This document shows positions 53,393-64,000 of a DNA stretch of 64,000 bases, piece after piece (position 1 is the first letter of the stretch; every line of letters starts with the position of its first letter). The stretch is from Octopus sinensis (Eukaryota), in contig NC_043012.1 of assembly GCF_006345805.1 (NCBI RefSeq), positions 19,902,001 through 19,966,000 on the forward strand, in the 5' to 3' direction. The translations under genes and the position numbers were made by a program. The notes below the pieces were generated by a model. That model did not search any database and was not told the DNA's origin. It was given only the letters and a program-made list of their open reading frames with translations.

Positions 53393-53661
53393 TTCTTCTA
53401 GAATAACATTTGTCACAAATGATTTATTCTGTTTCTCTTTTGTAAATAAAAATATTTTTAAAGAAACACTGGCTTTATGTTTCTACTTGTTTCGTAACTG
53501 GCAATATTTATATTCCGTATACATAAAATTTTCCTAACTATAACACGATTCTACGTTGTCACCATCTTACATGGAACATTAAATGCAATTGCTAACGATG
53601 TTTTTATAATGACCACAACGAAAATAAGACAGTTAGTATATATATATATACATATATATAT

Positions 53662-54188
53662 ATAATTAATCAATATAGGGTGGCAAAAAATTTTGTAGAA
53701 TTTTTTTGCCACCAGCGGCCTAGTGGGAAAAAATTAAATAGTCATAGACCATTTTTAAGTTCAACATCACAATCAAGGAACGGCCATAATAGGCCATTCA
53801 CCCACTAGAAATAACAGCCAAAGCTTCAACCGCAAAATAACATCAATTCCGTAAACCAGGAGAAAATTAAAAAACATTTACCCTGTAATTTCTTATACGA
53901 TGCACCGTTTCATCTACTGTTTAATGGTAAACTAACCTGATTAAATTAAATGAAGCCAATCTTCCATAGGCCCTTAGAATCATCAGTAAGAAATAGCCAA
54001 GTCGGAACAGATATTTTCACGAGGCATTTCCGCCCCTGCCTCGGCAATATCTGACCTAAAATTTTCAAATCATCGCACTCGCGCCAAATTTATCGGCAGC
54101 AAATAAATATAAGCCGCCGATTCCATTACGGAATTAACCAGAAAATTCATAATTAATCAATATAGGGTGGCAAAAAATTTTGTAGAAT
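53662..54188 (-). mobile_element. Retrozyme-like non-coding element: 487-nt unit with 40-bp terminal direct repeat and a hammerhead
   Basis: ATAATTAATCAATATAGGGTGGCAAAAAATTTTGTAGAAT is identical at 53662-53701 and 54149-54188. Flanked by (TA)n, no ORF of 60 aa or more, many hairpins. Confidence 0.75.
53888..53994 (-). ncRNA. Type I hammerhead ribozyme with enlarged, branched stem II
   Basis: Minus: ATTTCTTA-CTGATGA-T-TCTA-(58 nt)-TAGA-T-GAAA-CGG-tgca-TCG-TA-TAAGAAAT. Perfect 8-bp stem I, stem III with palindromic UGCA loop, GUA triplet. 10.1-11.1 is U/U rather than G-C. Confidence 0.75.
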
Positions 54189-54234
<46 letters not shown>

Positions 54235-54299
54235 ATATATACAGTATATTTATATATATTATGTTACGTTGCCATATATTGTAAAGGCATCTTAAAGTA

Positions 54300-54480
54300 T
54301 TACGATGTTCAATTTGTCTGCATTATCAGTTTCCTCTGGCGATGAAAGTTTTATGTAGATGACCTTCGGTAGGTGGATAGGTTGTCTGCAAATGTCATAT
54401 GTTAGCTCTGCTTCATAAAACTCAGGTAATATTCTCTAGGTTGTACATAGCACATCCTGAGTATTAATATGGCGGAAACG
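54300..54480 (-). mobile_element. Very decayed Penelope-like RT remnant
   Basis: Minus LPKVIYIKLSSPEETDNA resembles PLE IPxxIxxRLSxLSSxEExFxxA. Weak. Confidence 0.3.
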
Positions 54481-55241
54481 TTCCAAATATGTATCTATCA
54501 CCTTCGCATGGGCTACAACTGCGATGCCAAGTCTACAGGATATACATTTAATTTTCTGATAATTACTAATCATTCTTGAAAATCACCTTTCAAGTAGTTA
54601 TATGTATCATGCATTTCTATATTTAAACTTAATTCAGTTATATGAGATTGTGTGACATCTAGATTTGAACGTCAGCGAAGTATTTAGCAGGGAAATCATA
54701 CAAAGCCTAATGTAAGCGATTGCGGTGTCAATCCTCTACCGTGGTGAATACCGTAGGGGAGAAGAAAACTCATTTTGGTACTGATGAAATCGAGAAATAT
54801 TTCGTATTTTGGTTATTGTGCCTAATGTAAGCGTCAGCTGTAATCTACAGATTATATAGATATACAACGATGAGGAAATATACACGTGATTACACACGAT
54901 CATGCTACGAATTTTCTTTCATCATTTTATTGTTGTAGCATAGTTTTGTATTTGTTCTTTTAAGTGCCAATTTGCCTTGAAATATGTTCTGGAAAAAATT
55001 GTTACTTTCATTGGTGGTGTTCTGTGATGCCCAATTGCACCGATAGGAAACATTCAATTTTCTAATGTATATTTAAACAAAAAAAAGAAACAAGGTATGT
55101 TTATTTTCCCTATCATCAGTGGATGTCTCTATTTAGATCTAAGAAACATTGAGAAAATTTGCATTTGATATTCTACCTCTGTGAATGACTAAATCTGGTT
55201 TATATTCTTAGCTAGATGTACAAGTCCCTTGCAATTTACCA

Positions 55242-55295
<54 letters not shown>

Positions 55296-56944
55296 TATAT
55301 ATATATAAGAAAATCAATCCAGGAAGGCATTATGTATTTTCTCGATACAAAATAGTAGTTAATTAGTTATTACATCACATAATGCTGTTTCTATGAAAGC
55401 AAATATGATGGATAGATTGTATTATATAGACATATGTGTACTATACTTGAAATAAGCCGTCATGGTCATAAAAAGAATAAGCTGAGAATTAAGTAAAATC
55501 GACCCGAGTTGACCAGAAGCAACTATTTAAAATATATGCAAAGCCCAAGAGATGATTTTGTTCCTGACTTTTGTACATTTGTTAAAGATCGGATATACTG
55601 ATATGTTAGAATCACATTTTATTGCATTACATTTAACATGCCATTCTAGAAGTTATTCAACGTAATTATATGCATAATAGTTATCTGTTTGATTTGATTG
55701 AAAATCTAATTAGATTAGATCCTATATAAAGTTATTATAAGCATTAGAATTTCAAACGTACGAGTGTCCACAAATTGAGTAGAATATATGGGAATTGACA
55801 TGCATCGTATTTCTTTCATGTTGTATTGTAAGTGAAGTATCACCTATGAAATATACGAGAATACCAAACGGGAATATTTACACTCGTCTTCACGCTTCAG
55901 CTAATTCTCTATGATTGCATCTGTGATGTTTAATTATATATGATTTATACTTAAATTAGGAATAATTATATTTCGGAATATATTACAGAAACTCACAATC
56001 CTGGTTGCAGAGATAAAAGGAATGCGAATATGCCGAATATAACACAAAGGCAACCAGAAAAGTTATATAAATCTACCTATTAAATGTTTAGTGTAATGTT
56101 TCCGTGCATAAAGCATCAATGAGTTAACAACTGTTCATTTTAACCCTTTTTATGTTGCATAAATAATAAAATGAAAACTATTAATTTTATAGTTCAATTT
56201 AACCCAAAATTACAAATTCGTGTGATATCAATCAATTTAGTTGGAACGTATGGTAGAATTGTTTTTTTTTTTTTTTACTTTAATGCATGAATTTAATTTA
56301 GTATTATGCGCAGTTTTGAATTTCGCAAATGAAATAGCAAATTAATTTCAGTTGTTGGGGAGGAACGCTTATTCATATCATGTTAGAGAACGGGATTTAC
56401 GACAGTTCGTCACTGGTAAAGACTGGCAAAGTTTTGATTATCCCATCCAGGGAACATAATACTACTCGATGTGTCTTGAACTCAGAATATTAAGATTTAA
56501 AGCTAAACGTTTTAATGAATCATGGGCTGTACTGTTTCAAATAATTTAATATCGATAAAATACATCAAGTAATTATTTCTGATAAGTACACTGGGCTGCA
56601 AGTTTTTACAAAAGATATATCAACTCTTTCGGTTGATTTTCATAAATGATATTTTAATTTCCGGTCCTTGGAGTATGAGAACAATTTTGAATTCCTCGAA
56701 ATTTGAACGCAATTATTAACAAAGTATAGCTAAGTACCGCATGACATTTTGTCTGAAACTAGCAATCCCTACAATCCACGAAGCTGAATTTTAAGGTAAC
56801 TATACACTAACATGAATCAGTGGATATCTAATTAGCATTAATTAGGTGTTTGTTGATATAATAAATTAACCTTAGTCATCATCATGTAGTGATTTATAGT
56901 TAACATATATTACATACACGTTTACAGCTAGTAATGATTTATTA

Positions 56945-57255
56945 TTATATTTCGGAATGGTCATTTTGCCAGTTTAGCCAATAAAAAAACACGCCCTATA
57001 TATTTGGTGTTATTTTGCTTCAGTGTTATTTAGTTTTTACATTAATCTTAATCTTATTTCGGCCAGAGTTCTTTCGTTGACTCCTGTGACCGCATCAGTG
57101 GTCCTTTGTTTTCTTCTTTCTTATTTGTGTCTCTCGTTACTAACCGTCAGCCATTTTGTATGGCAAAATGACCATTCCGAAATATAACAATATCTGTTTC
57201 AACACACGACTTCACATAAAAAATATTGCACAACAAATATATAAATGATTTAGTC
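56945..57255. mobile_element. 311-bp element with an internal inverted repeat, a hammerhead-like motif and a 32-bp flanking duplication
   Basis: TTATATTTCGGAATGGTCATTTTGCCA (56945-56971) / TGGCAAAATGACCATTCCGAAATATAA (57161-57187). Direct flanks 56913-56944 and 57256-57287 are 30/32 identical. Confidence 0.7.
57061..57104 (-). ncRNA. Variant or degenerate hammerhead-like motif
   Basis: Minus: GGACCA-CTGATGC-GGTCAC-agga-GTCAAC-GAAA-GAAC-TC-TGGCC. A9 is C and stem II has two mismatches. Confidence 0.4.
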
Positions 57256-58189
57256 CATACACGTTTACAGGTGGTAATGATTTATTAAGTATACAATGGC
57301 ATATCTTCCTCCAAATTCAAATTGGTATTCACTTAATTGGAGGCATTACAAATATACTTGCAATGTAGATATTTAGGAACTGCAGCAGTAATAGGCTCTT
57401 ACGCAAAGTTTTTGTGAAATACACATGAGGAGGTGATCAATCTGCATGGGGAATTACACAAGGGACCGACTAAATTTAGCAGCTTATTAGAGTTCGTGGC
57501 GGTGCTTCATCTCCACAAAATCCGAACGAGCTCTTTCGCCTACCATATATATTATACCGCTGAGAAAATAGTTTGAATAACTGTTTGACGTTAGATTTAT
57601 ATCTTTTCATATTAGTAAGGTACATCGTGCCTTAGCAACTGAATAATGTTACGTTCTTCACTAAAGTTTTAATAAATTTCAATTTAAAAATTGTTTGAAT
57701 ATTTGATTTACTAATGCAAACATCTGAATGAAATACGCAATGAGGGAAGAAACCATGAAAGGTGTATTGAAGCTAGAAACCAAAAGAAAGCGTATGTGTA
57801 TTTTTAAGGTGTTCTGCAGCGTTGTGTAAATCTGGAGAGTGAGAGGATCAGTTCGTCTCCTAATAAAGTCACTTTCATCTAAATAGTTAAGTATTGATTA
57901 TAATTTATCGATTATAAAGCTGTATAATGAGTCTTGATATTCTTGACTGACTTGTGTATTTTGAGTACATGCTACTTCTTTGGAAATTGCACTACTAGAT
58001 ATGATCTGTAAATATTTTGCATGCGTTAAAGGCATAGCCATTTGTTTATTCAAATGAAACAAAACCAGTGACCTTAAATAATTATATGTGTCTGTGTGTG
58101 TGTGTACTGCTATATTTCTATTTTGATTAAAGTCCTCGGCTCAAAAGCTGTGGCCATGCAGGTGTCCCACTGTTACTTGATATGTGACA

Positions 58190-59800
58190 TTTGAGGAATG
58201 AGATTCTTTGATGTTGCTCATTTATCTGTTTTTCTCGCCAGGTGTTAGGTTCATACAGAACTCTCAACACAAGGACATCCACTTTTGCTTTGACTTTTGC
58301 TTTGAAGACGCCTACATCCATCTCATGTAGATTTCTCAGGCTCTTAAAGGCAATATTGAAGAGCTGTGGGCCCTTGGAACTCAAGCTTCTGTATCTGGGC
58401 TTATTGCCTGATGGCAATGTTAGCATTTAGAGTACTATGCAGTGGCGTCCCATTCCGTTCTTTGTGAAAACTTAAATGCCAAAGTTTGTTACAAGTTTTT
58501 CAACGATTTTCCAGATGTGTATGACCGCAAAACTTTCCAGCATTCGGTCTAGAGAATATAGTCTTAACTTTTTCAGTTTCTCCCAATAGCTGACATGTTG
58601 CACTGAAACGATCTTCTTTGTGTAGCTTTGCTGGATTGCTTCGACTCGCGTCGTAAATTTTACACTATGTGGTGACTATGTCTGAGAGGGCCACTGTGAA
58701 TAGCTACGATCCTAAGTCAATTCCTTCTGATACTGCACTCATTATTTGCGTTTCCTTGGAGACACACCGTTGGCGATTACTACCAGATTTCTATCTTTTA
58801 GAAAGTCAAGTAGCCACTCCACAAGGTTCCCTACTATGTCGAGATTACATAGCTTGTGACATATCTTGGTTGACTTTATCAAAGGCATTTGCAAAGTCGA
58901 GATTATTCATGTCAACATTTGAGTATTTCAGCAGCTGCCTTAACACCCAGTGGTAGTGTTGCAAGAGCGGTATCATGCATCTTCTCCCTTGTCGAAAACT
59001 GTGTCATTCAGCATCTTCCTTCAGGCTGTTCGTTCCAAGACTGCTTATGTATGATTTTAGGGCGATATTTCTATCATTTATAGCATCCGCTCTGCTTCCT
59101 ACTTTATGTATAGGGCATAAGATTCCCTCTCTCAATTTTCATGGGAGCTTATCAGTTACAAGGATTCTATGATAAAGAAGCTGCACTCGATTTGCAAGGC
59201 TTTGCTTACATGATTAGAGAAGGATTGTTGGGAGCCCGTCGAGACAGCAGCTGAGATTGCGTCTAACTCATCTACTGCTAGTATTAAATACCATATTGTT
59301 TCTGAAGCAGAGATCAATTATATTGTTTGCCCTAGTAGCTTGGAGTATCACAAGTTCCATGTAGAAGTTGTTGATGAGTTTCGACAGGTATGCCACCTGC
59401 CTGTGTTCACATTGCATTACTCCTGAAAGGAAAAGGCTCACAGGCCATTCTACGTTGGGGAGATGAAGTCTCCCATGAGAAGCACACTGGTGTGTTCTTC
59501 TCTTTCGATTAGTGCTTCTAATATAGCAAGGCATTCTTCGAATTGGCCAGTGTCAGTTAGAGCATCTTGTGGGCGATAAATAGCTCATATCACTATATAG
59601 AGTCGTGTTATATGAACAACTAGTGTCAGTTTGACAAAATAATATGGGACGTGAAGTCTTCAAGCATGTACATTGCTTCGCAAAACAACATACTTTCTAC
59701 GTGTATATCTATATCTACGATGTCGAATTTTAGGGGTATTTTAGTGGGTGGTATGCATAAGGCTTGATTGCATGCCACGGTATCTCTCAGGAAAGGAAAT
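58190..59800 (-). pseudogene. CR1/L2-group LINE ORF2 remnant (APE plus RT, internally deleted)
   Basis: Minus fragments YRPQD, HLPNVEW and ATRANNIIDLCF (APE); NVDMNNLDFANAFDKV (RT); LKKLRLYSLDR; GPQLFN..LRNL..VFKAK (C-terminus). Confidence 0.8.
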
Positions 59801-59911
59801 TTAGTTCTGTAACTGAGTTATAACAGTCTTCTAATGATTATAATGAATACTGACGTGACATCAGTGCTTCATGTCAGTGGTGGCCATCAAGTAGCCATTG
59901 ACTGTGCTGGA

Positions 59912-59958
<47 letters not shown>

Positions 59959-61394
59959 CAGCATTACATATATATATATTTATGTATGTGTGCGTGCGAT
60001 TATGTGTGTGTGTTATGGCCTTGGTGAAATGTGTAAATATTAGTTCTAATGCATTTGCCTTTTTATATGTAAGAACTATGAGTGAAAAACAAGGAATCAA
60101 AATTCCAGTAGAATTTGTACAAATGATCGCTAGTAATAGAATACTCGCAACTTCCCCAAACTGCAAATATTACCGATTTTTGAAAAGAATTCGATACTCA
60201 ATGTACATCGATGAAATATTCGATTGCGAAAGTGAGATGGCATCTGTATGAGTAGTGCGTGATTCTTTAAAAAATACCATGAAGCCGCTACCTATTTTAG
60301 TAAACTGATGGGACATTCTGGTAAATGCAATGGCGTAAGTACAATGTTCTACCAAAAGTGTTTGTGTCAAAGGAAAACGATTCTCTTACTACTGAGACAA
60401 AACTCGTTCAGTGCCTGATATGGAACAATTTCTAATGTAGCTTAGAGGCACAGCTCTAGTAATACTAACAGAAAAAGTATTATATTTGATATTTACTATT
60501 GAGAAGGAAATTCAAAATGCCATACTACATTTCCAAGTTCAATAATGAAATATTTATGTATCAATCTTCACCGTGTGGAATAGCAATTCACTTGTTCGCT
60601 GATTATCTTTACAATATTCAGAAGTTTCAAACTGGTTTATATAACAACTAATATAATTTCATTATGTTAATCTAACTATATAAACTCTGATCTTTTCTCA
60701 TTTGATCATATAATAATTATAGAAGCAATCATTGTTTCGTGACCTTTATGAAGAATGACGCGATTGCGGCATTGCGACTCGTCAAATTAATTTAGCGGTA
60801 AGCGAAGGTTATAACGTTTACTAGATAAAGTATTCATTCGGTGATAATAGTTAATGTGCAATATGTCAAAATTAGAGATACAAATAATGAGGACAGACAG
60901 ATCACATTTCCACAGCTGTTTTCGGATTGTATGTGTAGCATTAAAGAACGCTCTAGAATATAAACAAATTTACTGAAATTTAGAACATCGATGCACGTAT
61001 ATTGGCAGTTGATAGATAAATGTACAAGGACACGGAATTTCATTTGTACAGAAATCACAGTGTATATTTCTTACTTGAATATTAAGAAAGCATCCCTAAA
61101 GATATCATAATTAGCTGTTTGCTAAGTTTATTAATGCCATAATGAAATTATTTGACTTTCTAATATCATTTCAAAAACAAAGTGCAAGCACTGGGATTGT
61201 GTAACTAACTATAAGCTTTCGTCACGCAATACATTATAACCGCAGAAAGTTTTCAGGAACAAACAATATTCGTATACAAAAAATTTGCGTGTGTGTGTAG
61301 AAGTACAATAATTGATAAGAAGGACGAAGAATTAGAATAGTCAAACTTCATGTTTAATTATAGTTGATTTTTTCATAATAATTGTGGGACAATT

Positions 61395-61530
61395 ATCTCC
61401 CTATATATAACGGTCTTTGTCTGTCTGTCTATCTGTCTGTCAGTTCCCTATGCATTCTCAAACGAGTCGACCAAATCAAATCAAATTTTACATGGTAATG
61501 GTATTAGACCCCGCGAGTGTCAACACGTAA
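61395..61530 (+). mobile_element. Possible Helitron-type 5' end
   Basis: A|TCTCCCTATATATAA followed by (GTCT)n and ..gaccaaatcaaatcaaatttt, a layout typical of small non-autonomous Helitrons. 3' end not identified. Confidence 0.35.
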
Positions 61531-62521
61531 TTTTTATTATCATTTGGATTAAAACAACATAACATTTTATTAAAGACATCTTTATATATGCAATAATAAT
61601 AAACGATATTTTATACATAGACGACGATGACGTCACATCTTTTATATGTGCGTATATTTGTCTGTGAGTGTATGTGTGCGTTTGCGCGTTCGTTACGTAG
61701 GACATAGCAAAAAACATTCTATATCGACGACACATTTTGTATGTATGATTCTGTGAGAACGAGTAATGGACAAATATGCGATTCTACCTGCTAGATGGCA
61801 CTTTCATTTGTTAGAGATTGTAAAATACAATTCCTCGATCTCGTTGCCGTGGCGTTCAGCTTTGTTACAAGGATTATCATAAGGGTAATTTTGAGGAAGT
61901 GCGTAAATTTGTTTACCCAGAGGAAGACCCATGTTGCATTTCACTTTTGTACACCAGCATTACACTTTTTAACATACTAATGCCCTTAAAGATTTTATAA
62001 TCCAATGCCAATTATATAAAAAATGCAGGAGAAAAATTAACGGAAAATTTGTTCACATCGATAAAAGCAATATTGATTACCTTAAACAAATTTCAAAAAG
62101 AAGCATGACATTTCCTATAATTAATAATGCAGAAATATAAGGCAAAACATTGGAACGGATAAAAAGGGAAAATTGAATAACGATAAATGTCGATGCATTC
62201 TTCAATAAAATGGTATAGCAACGGAAATGTGCGTCTGGTTAAGCTTATCGTATTTAAACAGGTAAAAATATAGCTTTATACATTTTAGGTGGAAATATAT
62301 ATAGAAACAATTCTGTGCATTTTAGCCTTTTAACTACTCCTGCTGACAGAATAATGTATATATGCAAGCAAATTCACATATACACAGACATACAAACACA
62401 TGGTTTAAAGTATATACATATATACTTTCATGTGCATTGCTATAGAGACAGATGGATAAACATATAATCTATATACTATCTTATACATTTATACTCCGAA
62501 ATGCGTCTGCAATATATATAT

Positions 62522-62574
<53 letters not shown>

Positions 62575-62766
62575 TGTACCATATACTTTAGTAAATATAC
62601 ATATGCACCTCTTTATTCATACATTTATAAAACTTATATACATATATTGAAATATACGCTTACATATGTATAGCGTGTATACACAAAGGTTTATGTATAT
62701 GAACATTCATATATACTGTATATATACACGATTATATAAACTCTCACATACACACATATAATTGTC

Positions 62767-62803
<37 letters not shown>

Positions 62804-63800
62804 GAGTGTTCTTGAGTATCTCTGTGTATAATGTAGTAGCAAAAGCAATAGCAGTAACTATAGAGTAAACAGTTAGATAACTATTTGTGGCAACTAAATA
62901 TGTCTTTCCATAAAATGTGAATACATATATATTTAAGACATTTTCCTTTGCACGATTTTTATTTACTTGTTATTTCGAAATTTAAAATGTCTTAAAAGCA
63001 CGCACAGAATAGAAAATAAAGAAAATAGAGGGAGAAGTGTAACATATAAGAAAAGAAGAAATCAAAGAATAATCTGTCATTCCACAGACATTAAGTTACG
63101 ACCATTCTCTCTGGTGCCGTTTTGACGTAATTCTAGAAATCTTGTCGGAGTTCTTCACTTCAAGCCTAAGAAATTTGTCTCCGTTTCTAAGACAAATGCA
63201 TCTTGCTTTAATAATTCTAAGTGATATGGAAAATAGAAAACAAAATAAATATCTAAGTATAGCATAGATCAATGATTCTTCCTCTCATGTGAAGGATTTT
63301 TTTTAAATTCTTAATGTACTGTATTTATAAACTTTTGATTTTTGATTGATTATGTATTTTCAATATTTTTAGATTTACTCATAGGTGGTGAGTAACAAAA
63401 ATTCTTTGTGACATTCAGTTTACTTTATTTTACATTTTGAGTTCCAATTTCTCTAGGGCTTCAGTTTTCATTTTGTATCAATCTAAAGTTGATATATGTA
63501 GTCACAGTAATATACTAGTGTCGATTTCATAGAGTGTACATCTTTTGCAACAGCCTGGACGTCGTATATGTCAAATTATTATATCAAATGTGTTTTTGTT
63601 TTGTTGTAATTCTTGTCTCACCGTTGATCAAAATTCAATATGGAAACCCGTTACAAAGACAACTTAGTGCTCGTCTGCACTTTCTTTTAAAACACAATGC
63701 CGAAATGAATATGCCATGACATCTCAAGGTGGTAGGATTTCATTTGAATGAGATTTCACTGCGCTACCTAAGTAGTTTATGTTATAGAAATGTACATTAT

Positions 63801-64000
63801 AGAAATGTACATTATTTACAATTGACGGGTATGTGTCCTCATCTTGCTTGTTGTTAACACAACGTTTCGGCTCGTATACCCTCGAGCCTTCATCACATGT
63901 CTTGGGGAAATTTCGAATCAGGGTTCTTATTCCGAAGGTATTTTCTATGTTGTTGTTGTTGTTGTTATTATTATTATTATTATTATTATTAATAATAATA
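63801..64000 (-). mobile_element. PLE pseudo-LTR copy, running off the window end
   Basis: Reverse complement of 1960-2117, continuing into (TTG)n/(TTA)n. Confidence 0.8.
63856..63901 (-). ncRNA. Hammerhead motif (PLE pseudo-LTR family) with covarying stem II and mutated C3
   Basis: Minus: GACAT-GTGATGA-A-GGCTCG-agggtata-CGAGCC-GAAA-CG-TT-GTGTT. Confidence 0.6.

Noticed and set aside
52822-53537. Long ORFs rich in YI/IY, HT/TH or CV (also at 8035-8553, 15964-16326, 24863-26062, 40275-40777 and others)
   Set aside because: They are translations of (TA)n and (CA)n microsatellites, which lack stop codons in some frames. Not genes.

Overview
AT-rich, microsatellite-dense eukaryotic DNA with no bacterial-type genes, rRNA, intact tRNA or CRISPR. 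The SINE, mariner and LINE content resembles an octopus (coleoid cephalopod) genome; this is inferred from recalled repeat sequences and was not searched. Nearly all listed ORFs are artefacts of (TA)n, (CA)n and (AAT)n repeats. The window looks like intron or intergenic sequence filled with transposon debris: several tRNA-derived SINE families (some with TSDs), two decayed mariners with TIRs, a Tc1 remnant, Helitron pieces, a solo LTR, R4/Dong, RTE and CR1-group LINE fragments, and several Penelope-like element (PLE) remnants. The main signal is a set of seven type I hammerhead-ribozyme (HHR) motifs from about four unrelated sequence families. The best is a 487-nt, non-coding, highly self-complementary unit with a perfect 40-bp terminal redundancy inserted in (TA)n (53662-54188), a candidate retrozyme or circRNA-derived element. 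Another is a PLE terminal repeat that joins a tRNA-like Pol III head, a microsatellite and an HHR whose stem II covaries between copies. One possible host exon lies at 228-322 (-). All calls were made by eye, and the boundaries of decayed elements are approximate.
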